Of a stretch of 64,000 nucleotides of DNA, positions 50,088 through 59,120 are shown one piece after another. Source of the DNA: a virus. The notes beneath the pieces are model-generated. The model did no database searches. It was given only the letters and a program-made list of their open reading frames with translations, and was not told where the DNA came from. The translations under genes and the position numbers were made by a program. The stretch covers positions 64,001 through 128,000 of the IMG/VR virus record IMGVR_UViG_3300036399_001951, one strand, 5' to 3'. Position 1 is the first letter of the stretch, and each line of letters opens with the position of its first letter.

Positions 50088-50158
50088 GTTTCCCCCCAAC
50101 TGTTTGACCGAAAAAAAGCCAGCGAAAGCTGGCTTTTCTATTTTATAGATTTTAAGAT

Positions 50159-50620
50159 TTACATCCCCTTAGATCTCCCGCTCGGGTCGATAAATTTTCG
50201 GCCAATTCCAGTAAATCTATTATCTTTTTTAGCTTCAACTTCAAACGGTCTTGGCTCGTCAGACGTTACATATGTATCGTAGAACGATTCTACATCTTCA
50301 CCTGTCTGATCATGATACCAATCTAACATACTCATGATATCATTTGCTTGTCCTCTAAATGTAACCTCAGGATTACCTCCACCTGGACCATATGGAACAA
50401 GACCAATAATTTGCAAATCAAATTGTTCGCAAATTTCATGTAACATTTGTAGAAAATCATTAGCTGATTCAGAAGGATCATATCCCAAATCGATGCTAAC
50501 TTGCTTTAATCCACCTCTGGATCTTTCCGCTCCGGCAGGATCTACCATTGAGCGCATATCCTCACCGCCTTCAAATTCTTCGCTTTCACGAATGAACGTA
50601 GAAAATTTCTTTACTCTCAT
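50159..50620 (-). CDS. Putative virion-packaged protein, paralog of 54076..54414
   Basis: Start moved to MRVKKFSTFIRESE; TAAATA at 50641; GPGGGNPEVTFRG. Confidence 0.65.
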   Translation of the reverse strand: MRVKKFSTFIRESEEFEGGEDMRSMVDPAGAERSRGGLKQVSIDLGYDPSESANDFLQMLHEICEQFDLQIIGLVPYGPGGGNPEVTFRGQANDIMSMLDWYHDQTGEDVESFYDTYVTSDEPRPFEVEAKKDNRFTGIGRKFIDPSGRSKGM

Positions 50621-50830
50621 TTCTTTTTTAATTTTTATTTTATTTATTTTTCCATGTCCCAAATTTTGCTTATATTTATAGATTGCAGTGACCTGAAAAA
50701 TGGACACCCAACTGGAATCTAAAATAACACTCATAACCGCTCCGCTAAAATTCAGAAAAAAGTTTCCAAATAATTTTTTAGATTCCCAAATTCTTCTTAT
50801 ATTTACTATATAACTTAAAAACAAAAAGAA

Positions 50831-50974
50831 ATGAATTTTGGAGAAAAGATTTTTTTAGGGGTTTTACAAACAATTTCATGGTGTTTAGGAGCCACAGTAA
50901 TGATTGCGTTAAGTTACGCATTTTATCAAATTGCAACGGGTAATATACACGGAACGGCATCATTTGAATTTTAG
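50831..50974 (+). CDS. Small membrane protein (47 aa, missed by ORF track)
   Basis: MNFGEKIFLGVLQTISWCLGATVMIALSYAFYQIATG.. after an early promoter. Confidence 0.6.
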   Translation: MNFGEKIFLGVLQTISWCLGATVMIALSYAFYQIATGNIHGTASFEF

Positions 50975-51209
50975 GTTTTAGTTTATATTTTATTTAAAAT
51001 TTAGAAAGGGGCTCAAAAGGCCCCTTATTTTTTTAATCCTATTTTTAATAATAGTTTAGGATATCTAGTTAGGACTCCCACTCCCGGAGCGAGACTGTAT
51101 CCAAAGGATTCACATAGTGAGAGGCCCGGCTCCGATAATTATTATTTACGAAAGGTACCCAATTGAAAAAAAAGTATTATATTTATATAAGAATTTAAAA
51201 CATATAAAG

Positions 51210-51398
51210 ATGAAGAAAAGAATTTTAGATGGATTAGATGCGGGATTATTTATCGGAATGATAGTGTTCGTATTTTCCGGTATCATAATGTATTTTGGTA
51301 ATCCGATTGGAGATTACTTATTACCTAGAACCGCGATTGTAGTTGTGTTGATAAGTATTATCCGGGAAGGGTTAACCCTAAAGTCCAGCCGAACTTAG
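51210..51398 (+). CDS. Small 2-TM membrane protein
   Basis: Start moved to the ATG after the promoter. Confidence 0.6.
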   Translation: MKKRILDGLDAGLFIGMIVFVFSGIIMYFGNPIGDYLLPRTAIVVVLISIIREGLTLKSSRT

Positions 51399-51476
51399 CG
51401 GAACTTAACAGATTTTAACAATCAGAGCCAGATCTTAGTCTGGCTTTTTAGGTATATTAAAATAAATCAAAATAAA

Positions 51477-51659
51477 ATGAACATGAAAAAAGCGTATTTA
51501 TTAATGGTTCTTTTAGCATTTGCTGGAATGACCTCATGCGGAGAAGCAAAATCTGATTCTGACACAACTGGCGAAGCTACTATTGAAGCAACTGGGGAGT
51601 GTACCTCAGCTGCGGACTCTCTAGAAGTGGCTCCAACTGAAGAAGCTACCGCAGAATAA
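51477..51659 (+). CDS. Small lipoprotein
   Basis: Signal peptide with lipobox MTSC; acidic tail. Confidence 0.7.
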   Translation: MNMKKAYLLMVLLAFAGMTSCGEAKSDSDTTGEATIEATGECTSAADSLEVAPTEEATAE

Positions 51660-51842
51660 GATTTTTCTGCCTCCCAAAAGGGCCCTCAATAGAGGGCTTT
51701 TTTTTGGTCTGGGCCCGGGGCGATGGAGGTCCGTAAGAAACCGCTCCGTAGTAGGCCCGGAGCGAGGCAAGCCTCTAGCAAGTGGTTCCAGGCCTTGCTA
51801 TATTATTATCTAAAAGTTAGTATTATATCTAAAAACAAACCT

Positions 51843-52079
51843 ATGAGCAAATTAACCCGCCCCTTGCTATTGGAATTATATACAGATTGGACTAAACGTT
51901 GGGGCTTGAGCCGCAATAGCGAAGAGATACGGTTCGGACAGTGGGTTTGGATCCATTGGAATACTCAGTTAAGGGAACTAAAGGAGCGGTTCAAAGATTC
52001 CTCAAGCTTGCTAGATGGATTTTATGCTGAATCCCCAAAGACCGCATATGACCAGATTTACCGATTATTGGAATACTGA
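51843..52079 (+). CDS. Hypothetical protein (RFGQW motif)
   Basis: Start moved to MSKLTRP after the variant promoter TATATCTA. Confidence 0.55.
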   Translation: MSKLTRPLLLELYTDWTKRWGLSRNSEEIRFGQWVWIHWNTQLRELKERFKDSSSLLDGFYAESPKTAYDQIYRLLEY

Positions 52080-52191
52080 GCGATGGGATCTTGATCTTCC
52101 GGCTCTTAAAGAATGTTGAAAAAAAGTGATAAAAAGTTTTTCGGATTCCAAAATTCTTATTATATTTATATAAGAATTTAAAACAACAGAA

Positions 52192-52398
52192 ATGAAAAAG
52201 AAACTTGTAAATGGAATTGACCTTAAGACCTTAATAAATCATCATAGACCGTTGCACGATATGCGAGATGATGTTTTATTACCAATGATGTGGACCTCAG
52301 TACGAATGATGGAGGACCCTACAGTTCCAACTGCATTTAAACATCACGCCGTGGAAATGTATCAGGACGCGGAGCGAGAATTAGCGATACGTAACTAA
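52192..52398 (+). CDS. Hypothetical early protein
   Basis: After early promoter. Confidence 0.6.
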   Translation: MKKKLVNGIDLKTLINHHRPLHDMRDDVLLPMMWTSVRMMEDPTVPTAFKHHAVEMYQDAERELAIRN

Positions 52399-52410
52399 AT
52401 AAATTTAAAT

Positions 52411-52611
52411 ATGAATAATAATGAATTAATTCCTGATGAAGGAAGAGTTTGGAAAACCACTAGTGTAGCTATACAGAGCCGATGGTGGACCAAGGAATCA
52501 AGCGCATGGGATCGTGGAGGTAGCTTTAATATGGCATTATATCTCAGATTCTGTGAAGCACAAATGAGTAAGGACCATGAAGAGCAAGTTGAGAAAACAA
52601 ATCGAAAGTGA
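52411..52611 (+). CDS. Hypothetical protein
   Basis: ORF in operon. Confidence 0.5.
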   Translation: MNNNELIPDEGRVWKTTSVAIQSRWWTKESSAWDRGGSFNMALYLRFCEAQMSKDHEEQVEKTNRK

Positions 52612-52744
52612 CATGAGGGAAGACCGTAAAGCGGCTGGCTATTTTGACGGCCGCTTTCGGACCCAAGTGCAACCTAATAAGCGCAAAAAGGAGGAACTGA
52701 AGCGGACTCGCGGAGCGAAAAAAGACTGGGAAAACGAAACTTAG
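52577..52744 (+). CDS. Small basic protein, ArfA-like (55 aa, missed by ORF track)
   Basis: MKSKLRKQIESDMREDRKAAGYFDGRFRTQVQPNKRKKEELKRTRGAKKDWENET. Confidence 0.5.
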   Translation: MKSKLRKQIESDMREDRKAAGYFDGRFRTQVQPNKRKKEELKRTRGAKKDWENET

Positions 52745-52797
52745 GGCAGGTCTTGAAGTATATTAGAAATAAATAATAAAGAAAAAACACTACTAAA

Positions 52798-53124
52798 ATG
52801 GAGACACTAGAACCTATATTTAATCCGGGATTAATTGACTTTATTAACTCCGTAGATGGTGACCTGGGACGGGACCCAGATAGCTTAGAGCTTTTTCAAT
52901 GGATTGTTGAAGACCACTATGATGCGATCATGGAGGATATGTTAGATTATTTTCAGGACCGACCTGACATGCAAGCTATGCAAGCAGAGACCGCTCTTCT
53001 AGAATTAGGAGCGATGTTGAAATACTTTGAAGAGAAGGAGGAATATGAGAAATGTTCTAAATTGGTAAGTGTCCAAAAGGAAATGAAGACCAGTTTTATA
53101 AAGGCTGGCCTTGTAAACCCATGA
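52798..53124 (+). CDS. Hypothetical protein with UVR-like helix (YFEEKEEYEKC)
   Basis: TAAATA and GTATAT boxes upstream. Confidence 0.6.
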   Translation: METLEPIFNPGLIDFINSVDGDLGRDPDSLELFQWIVEDHYDAIMEDMLDYFQDRPDMQAMQAETALLELGAMLKYFEEKEEYEKCSKLVSVQKEMKTSFIKAGLVNP

Positions 53125-53403
53125 TTCTCAAGATTTATAGGATATAAAAGACCCGGTTTGCCGGGTTTTTTTATGACCTTTTGCCCGCCATCTTTGACAA
53201 GAAGAAGCCGCTTCTCGCTCGGGATCCTATTTGATCTGGACATCTCTTGGATTCAGTTAATCCGATCTCGCTCCCGAGCCAAGTGAGATCCAGAATCCAG
53301 AAGGCTGAGCAAATCCAGCTTCGCTCCGATAATAATTATCCCAAACATAGTATCTAATTGAAGAAAAAGTATTATATTTATATAAGAACTTAAAACAATA
53401 AAG

Positions 53404-53622
53404 ATGAAAAACAAAAAAGAATGGGATGGCTTTTGCCATCGATGCTCACAGGCCTCAATAGGCTACACTATGAGCTGGTTTAATCAGGAATTGATATGTC
53501 CGGATTGCGATAAGAAGGAACATCAACATCCCAAGATTGAAGAAGCTAAAGGAGCGGATTGGGAAGCTTGCAAGCAAGGTAACTTTAACTTTTCAGGAAT
53601 CGGTAAACCTCACGACCTATGA
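53404..53622 (+). CDS. Small Zn-finger protein
   Basis: CHRC..MSWFNQELICPDC. Confidence 0.7.
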   Translation: MKNKKEWDGFCHRCSQASIGYTMSWFNQELICPDCDKKEHQHPKIEEAKGADWEACKQGNFNFSGIGKPHDL

Positions 53623-53891
53623 TACGCCCAAGATCAGAAATGTCCCCGCAAATCGAGATTGATTTGAACGGACCTCAAGGAAATGCATTTTGCCTATTAG
53701 GTATGGTGCCTAACTTGTGTAGAAATTATGGAGTAGAAGTAGAAGGCCTGGACGGGATGCGGGATCTAGGATTCGTTACCGCAAAAAACAGTGCAGAATA
53801 CATACAGGACCAGATGAAAAGCGGAGATTATGAGAATCTCTTATCTGTATTCGATTCCTACTTCGGGGAATGGGTAATCCTATATAGATAG
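53619..53891 (+). CDS. Conserved phage hypothetical protein
   Basis: IDLNGPQGNAFCLLG..MKSGDYENLL. Confidence 0.7.
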   Translation: MIRPRSEMSPQIEIDLNGPQGNAFCLLGMVPNLCRNYGVEVEGLDGMRDLGFVTAKNSAEYIQDQMKSGDYENLLSVFDSYFGEWVILYR

Positions 53892-54075
53892 GATATTAAC
53901 TCCGTAGTTGATTGATTTGGAGGGGAACTTGTTTCCCCTTTTTCTTTTTCCCAAGCTTGGAGCCGCTTGCTAGAGGCTTGCCTCGCTCCGCAAAAATGTT
54001 TAAAATAAATTTTCAAAATTGTATTTTATATTTAAAAAATGATTATATTTATATTATAACTTAAAAACAAATAAT

Positions 54076-54414
54076 ATGAAAAGAGAAATTGAATTAGTAT
54101 TTAGCTATGATGCTATGGAAGAAACTTCTAATTTTTTTGAATTTCTTCAAGAAGTTATTGAAGAATTCAGAGTGGAAATAATTGGATTTTGGCCAATGAG
54201 CGCATCTGGATGTTGGCCCGAAATAACATTTAGAGGTGAAGATGATGATCTCTATAGATTATGCTTAAAATATCATGGTGATGATGAAGAAGTAGCTAGA
54301 GATTATTATGATGAATATTCAATAGAGAGTTCATCAAATGAAATTAATATTCTTAAAGATGATCGATGGCCATCAAAGAATAAATGGATTGATAAAGATG
54401 GCAACTTCATTTAA
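54076..54414 (+). CDS. Early acidic protein, paralog of 50159..50620
   Basis: SASGCWPEITFRG, KDDRW..KWIDKDG. Confidence 0.65.
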   Translation: MKREIELVFSYDAMEETSNFFEFLQEVIEEFRVEIIGFWPMSASGCWPEITFRGEDDDLYRLCLKYHGDDEEVARDYYDEYSIESSSNEINILKDDRWPSKNKWIDKDGNFI

Positions 54415-54585
54415 AAATTAAAATTTAAAATTAAAGAAATGAGCAATGAAAGTTGCTCATTTTTTTTTGATGTTTTGCTAGAGCCGCTTGCTAGGGGATC
54501 TCCTCGCTCCGAGATTAATTTATCCGCATTGGTAACGGATTCCCAAAAAAGTATTATATTTATATATAACTTAAAACAAAAGATC

Positions 54586-54741
54586 ATGTACAGTTTAGAT
54601 TGTAATTATTACGAGAAGCAATTTTCCTCCATTGACCAACTCATTGATGATGTGATTCAGAGCGGGATGGATCCGAACTATGAGATTACCTACAATGGCA
54701 AAGGCATTGGGGACCGGGCCATTGACCTAATCCAATTTTAG
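54586..54741 (+). CDS. Small hypothetical protein
   Basis: Start moved to MYSLDCNYY after the promoter. Confidence 0.6.
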   Translation: MYSLDCNYYEKQFSSIDQLIDDVIQSGMDPNYEITYNGKGIGDRAIDLIQF

Positions 54742-54989
54742 AAATTAAAAATTTAAGTGAGGAAACCGGCTAACTGCCGGTTTTTTAGGGTCCGAACTTT
54801 CGCAAACCTTGACCTTGGCAGAGAGTGGGCTCTCCCGCTCGGGAGCGAGTTAAGATCCAGAAATCAGTTGGATTCGGGATCGGCATTCGCTCCGAAAAAT
54901 GTTTGCAATTTTTTTACCCAAAATGATACCAATTGGGAAATATGTATTATATTTATATAAGAATTTAAACCAATTAAAAAACAAAGATT

Positions 54990-55667
54990 ATGAAAAATGT
55001 AGTTTTAAGCAGAACGATTACGAACAAAGATTCTAATTGTGTAGACCGTTACTTCCAGGACATCCAGGAATACGTTCCCCTAAGCGCTGATGAGGAAATC
55101 ATCATAGCACGTAAAGTTAAAGAGGGTGACCCGAGCGCACTGGAGCGATTAGTGAAGCACAATACTAGATTCGTTATTTCGGTAGCAAAGAAGTATCAGG
55201 GACGGGGCACACCCTTAAGTGACCTCATCAGCGAAGGTAATGTGGGTCTAATTGAAGCAGCAAAAAGATTTGACCCAGAACGAGGACATCGCTTTATCAC
55301 TTATGCAGTATGGTGGATTAAACAATCTATCTTAGCATCTATCGATAATGGTATTAAAAACTCTCACACTTCAATTGATGCTACAATTGGTGGCGGAGAG
55401 GATGAAGACTGGACAATTGCAAATCAATTGCGTTCAGATTCTCCCAGCACTGACCACATCGTTGAGCAAGATTCAATTAAAACTCAAGCCAATCGAATGC
55501 TATCACAATTAGCAGAACGTGAAAGAGAGATTATCAAATCACTATTTGGAATTGAGTGTAGAGCAATTGGAATTGATGAAGCTGGTAAGAAGTTTGGATT
55601 AACTCAACAGCGAATTGGACAAATCAGAGATAATGCTTTAAAGACCTTACAATCTAAGGTTAAGTAG
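54990..55667 (+). CDS. RpoD-like sigma-70 factor, short form lacking most of region 3
   Basis: LVKHNTRFVISVAKKYQG, DLISEGNVGL, RFITYAVWWIKQSI, LTQQRIGQI. Confidence 0.92.
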   Translation: MKNVVLSRTITNKDSNCVDRYFQDIQEYVPLSADEEIIIARKVKEGDPSALERLVKHNTRFVISVAKKYQGRGTPLSDLISEGNVGLIEAAKRFDPERGHRFITYAVWWIKQSILASIDNGIKNSHTSIDATIGGGEDEDWTIANQLRSDSPSTDHIVEQDSIKTQANRMLSQLAEREREIIKSLFGIECRAIGIDEAGKKFGLTQQRIGQIRDNALKTLQSKVK

Positions 55668-56056
55668 AACCAAGCAACTCCGTAGTAAGGCCCTCCTTGT
55701 GGGGGCCTTTTTTATTTGCCAGGTCTGGAGCGGTCCTCACCCGGACCTCATGCAGGTCATGGGGTAGGAGATCCGCTCCGTAGTGGCCGTGCCCGCCGAG
55801 GAGCGGCGTCGTCTTGGATGCTCTCGAAGCGGGGTCGCCCTGGAAAATGGGCAAAAAAATAATTCTAAGATTTTTATATTTAATAAATTATTATTACTAT
55901 AGAGCTCGAGAAATTCGGGCTCTTTTTTGCGCCCAAGCTTGGAGATGTACCTTCGTGAATCTTCCCGCTCTGGAAAAGGAGCGAGAAAAGATCCCTTGGA
56001 TTTTCAGGTATCTAGAATTATATGTATATTTACTTATACTTAATAACTTAAACAAC

Positions 56057-56281
56057 ATGGAAACAACAGTGTTTATTAAAATCTCAGGTCGCAAGGAGCC
56101 AGGGTATCCGACAACATCGCATCAGGTAACATTCGATGGGGACCTTACCGTATTTGAAAACCTAGTAGATGGGATTATAGATCAATTAGGTTATCGTAAA
56201 GCAGATGTATACATCGATAATCCTGAGGAATTTAACGAGGACGAGCAGGAGACCCTAGAAACTATGGGATTCATATTATGA
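56057..56281 (+). CDS. Hypothetical early protein
   Basis: Start moved to METTVF after the promoter. Confidence 0.6.
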   Translation: METTVFIKISGRKEPGYPTTSHQVTFDGDLTVFENLVDGIIDQLGYRKADVYIDNPEEFNEDEQETLETMGFIL

Positions 56282-56508
56282 ATTGGCTACCGGTATCTGA
56301 TCGACATCAACAGGGACAAACCTCAATTGGAAATGTCTGGATACGATTTACCCGGTCAGGAGCGATAGATGCATGGTACACCTGCTTTGGAGAGACACGG
56401 AAATGGTGCGCACAGGAAGGGGATACTGTGGAATTAGTAAGAGAGTTAATAGAAGAAGAATATCAACGGGTTCTGTTCTCCCGTCAGTTAGCTGAGAAAA
56501 ACAGATAA
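56278..56508 (+). CDS. Hypothetical protein
   Basis: ATGA overlap. Confidence 0.55.
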   Translation: MNWLPVSDRHQQGQTSIGNVWIRFTRSGAIDAWYTCFGETRKWCAQEGDTVELVRELIEEEYQRVLFSRQLAEKNR

Positions 56509-56529
56509 TCTTTGTTTTAAGTTCTGATC

Positions 56530-56560
56530 AAGCCGATTACTCCGTAGTCGGCTTTTTCTT
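56530..56560 (+). terminator. Terminator hairpin with conserved ACTCCGTAGT apex (similar at about 57985 and 59146)
   Basis: AAGCCGATTACTCCGTAGTCGGCTTTTT. Confidence 0.8.
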
Positions 56561-56687
56561 TGCCCAGTTCCCGGAGCCACTTAACAGGAGCTCGCTTCGC
56601 TCCGAGAAAAGCTCAATAATAAATCAGCAGGATTTTTAGTTGTGGTAAATTTTGATTATATTTACCTATAACTTAAAAGTAGAAATC

Positions 56688-56921
56688 ATGAATGTATTTG
56701 AATTTGTATTAAGCGGCAATGAAATGACAATTGCAGTAGTAGTAGGAGCAGCCAGCCGAGAGCGAGCCCTTGTTCTTCTAAAGGAGAACTATGAAAACTT
56801 TGAAGAAGAATATGATTACGATAATGAAGATGCGATAACATCATATCGAGATTCAATTATCAGTAACACTACATGTACTGCTGAATTTGTACGTGAAATC
56901 TTTTCAACCGAAGAACTATGA
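56688..56921 (+). CDS. Hypothetical early protein
   Basis: Start moved to MNVFEF. Confidence 0.55.
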   Translation: MNVFEFVLSGNEMTIAVVVGAASRERALVLLKENYENFEEEYDYDNEDAITSYRDSIISNTTCTAEFVREIFSTEEL

Positions 56922-57238
56922 GAGCCTATCATGCAACCCAGGCTAGTAATATACCTAGCATCCTAGAGGAAGGATTAAAATCTATGTGGGAAGGAGTATA
57001 TCTAACTGATTCAGAAGAGAGCGCATGCCGATGGATGGGATTCAGATTGGCTGCAGTAGGGGAACCAGTAATGGCCGTGATAGAGGTCGAGGTTAATGAA
57101 TACGATACAGTTGAAGGTATGGACCATTCCCCTCTAATGGAACAGATATTCGGAGTGGGAAAGAGTATCCTACATCCAAAGAGTATAAAACCTGAAAAAA
57201 TTATAAACGTTAATTACTATCGATTAAATCAAAAGTAA
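56918..57238 (+). CDS. ADP-ribosyltransferase-fold protein (Tpt1/KptA/DUF952-like)
   Basis: YHAT..NIPSILEEGL..GVYLT..A..VIEV..IKPEKI. Confidence 0.65.
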   Translation: MRAYHATQASNIPSILEEGLKSMWEGVYLTDSEESACRWMGFRLAAVGEPVMAVIEVEVNEYDTVEGMDHSPLMEQIFGVGKSILHPKSIKPEKIINVNYYRLNQK

Positions 57239-57480
57239 AGGTAATCTAATCTTCTCTAGAAGCCGGCCCAATAAAGGTCGGCTTTTTTAGGGTCCCAACT
57301 AAGAGGACCTCCGCTTCGGCAGGGAGCGGGCATTCCCGCTCCCGAGCGGATCTGGATACTTGACCACCGGGATTCCGGTATCCAAGCTCGCTCCGAAAAG
57401 ATTGATAAATTTTTTCAAAATAATTTTCAAGATTGAGGTATTCTTTGTATATTTACTATATAACTTAAAACAAAAGAGAA

Positions 57481-57729
57481 ATGGTATTACAACCAATTAA
57501 CCCGTCAGAATTGAGAGCGCGATTAAATCGTGGAACTGTTCAGTTTGCGTACAAGAAATTAGATGGCACTCTACGCACTGCCATTGGAACCACTTCACTG
57601 GAGAATGTGCCAGTTGACCATCAACCTAAAGGTGGAGAGAGTAGCCCTAAAGTTGTGGTTTACTTTGACCTTCAAAAAGGTGAATGGAGAAGTGTAAGTA
57701 TTAATCGTGAAATCTTTATTGCAGAATAA
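57481..57729 (+). CDS. WYL_2 / SH3-like phage protein
   Basis: FAYKKLDGTLRTAIGT..VYFDLQKGEWRS. Confidence 0.8.
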   Translation: MVLQPINPSELRARLNRGTVQFAYKKLDGTLRTAIGTTSLENVPVDHQPKGGESSPKVVVYFDLQKGEWRSVSINREIFIAE

Positions 57730-57730
57730 G

Positions 57731-57961
57731 ATGGGAACGAAAGAATTAAACATGGTGGAAGGGCCGGATGGCCTAACCACCGTATCCGGAAAATGCGTAT
57801 TTACAGGGGAAGAGTATTCCTGTCAAGTACCAACAGATGGAATTAAGATGTGGCTCAACGGGGAGCGGATTCAGCGTGCTCTACCGGGCGTGAGCCTAGA
57901 CGATAGGGAATTCCTAATAAGTGGAATTAGTCCTAACGGCTGGAAAAAGACCTTTGGTTAG
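57731..57961 (+). CDS. Hypothetical protein
   Basis: IQRALPGVSLDDREFLISGI motif typical of a small phage family. Confidence 0.6.
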   Translation: MGTKELNMVEGPDGLTTVSGKCVFTGEEYSCQVPTDGIKMWLNGERIQRALPGVSLDDREFLISGISPNGWKKTFG

Positions 57962-58144
57962 GTTGTTTTAAGTTAGATAAGATAAGGGTCGACTCCGTAG
58001 TCGGCCCTTTCTTTTTTCCCTAGCCCGGAGCGGATTACCAAGGGCCGGCCTCGCTCTGAGAAATGTGCAAAAATATATCTCATAGGATTTTCAAGTTAAT
58101 GATAGAATGCCTATATTTACTTATAACTTAAAACTTAAAACAAA

Positions 58145-58399
58145 ATGAAAAAAGAAAAATTAATTGAGAAACTAAATGAGTTTGAAAACGGATTCGAGCG
58201 GGATCCAGAAGTAATTGAACTTGTTTATAAGATAAAAGAGAAGTTTGATTCTCATTTTAATAAAACATTCTCGAGCAAAGAGATTGAATCTGATGAGTTT
58301 GATGAGATGAGCGAAGAGTATTATTATGCCCTGAAAGAGAATGATCCTGATGATGCATCGATTTTTCAGGTAATGTGGTTTGAAAATTGGTTAAAATAA
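58145..58399 (+). CDS. Hypothetical early protein
   Basis: After promoter. Confidence 0.6.
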   Translation: MKKEKLIEKLNEFENGFERDPEVIELVYKIKEKFDSHFNKTFSSKEIESDEFDEMSEEYYYALKENDPDDASIFQVMWFENWLK

Positions 58400-58404
58400 T
58401 AACT

Positions 58405-58614
58405 ATGGAAGCAAACTCAAAACAAGAATGGTGGGATCTAGTAAGAGCGGATCTCGCTAAGTGGAATAGAGAGAACCACCCAGAAGATCGCATGGGTATT
58501 CAAGACTGGATCGGCGAAGTTGGACCTAAGATTCATGGATGGATCGCGTTCAGAGACGAGTATGGAGATTGGGATGCCTCATTGAGCGGATTCCCAGACG
58601 ATGAAGATTATTAA
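58405..58614 (+). CDS. Hypothetical protein
   Basis: ORF from the ATG at 58405. Confidence 0.5.
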   Translation: MEANSKQEWWDLVRADLAKWNRENHPEDRMGIQDWIGEVGPKIHGWIAFRDEYGDWDASLSGFPDDEDY

Positions 58615-58721
58615 AGATTGTGGCACGTGTCTCTTGTAAAACTTTCAAAAAAGTTTCCAAAAAATTTTCAAGTATCAAAAATTCTTTGTATATTTACTTA
58701 TAACTTAAAAACAAAAAAGAA

Positions 58722-59120
58722 ATGAAAGCAGGTAAGTATTATGTTGGTGACCTATGTTATGTACTAGGTGATCGTTGGGACGAAGTTTGTGATCTTATTA
58801 TTAAGGATCATGTATGCTTAGATGGTGTGTTTGAATTAAAGGACGGAACCCAGTTTGCAATATATGGAACAGCTTATGGAGATGGATTCTATAGTGACCA
58901 ATATGCAAATGGATATCCAGTGGATTCAGGTTCAATCGGCTGTGTGTTAGTGGACTCCATAACTTCAGGTGAATTAGATGAATCCTTAGGAAATGTTATA
59001 GATTTCGATGATGATTTTACTACAAGTTCAGATAGTGGAATAATCTATATCGGAGAAATTGAAATAGATACTGAAGGGAGCGAAGGAATAGATGATGAAT
59101 CAATCAATGATATTTGGTAA
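58722..59120 (+). CDS. Conserved phage hypothetical protein
   Basis: GKYYVGDLCYV..TAYGDG..VDSGSIG. Confidence 0.7.
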   Translation: MKAGKYYVGDLCYVLGDRWDEVCDLIIKDHVCLDGVFELKDGTQFAIYGTAYGDGFYSDQYANGYPVDSGSIGCVLVDSITSGELDESLGNVIDFDDDFTTSSDSGIIYIGEIEIDTEGSEGIDDESINDIW

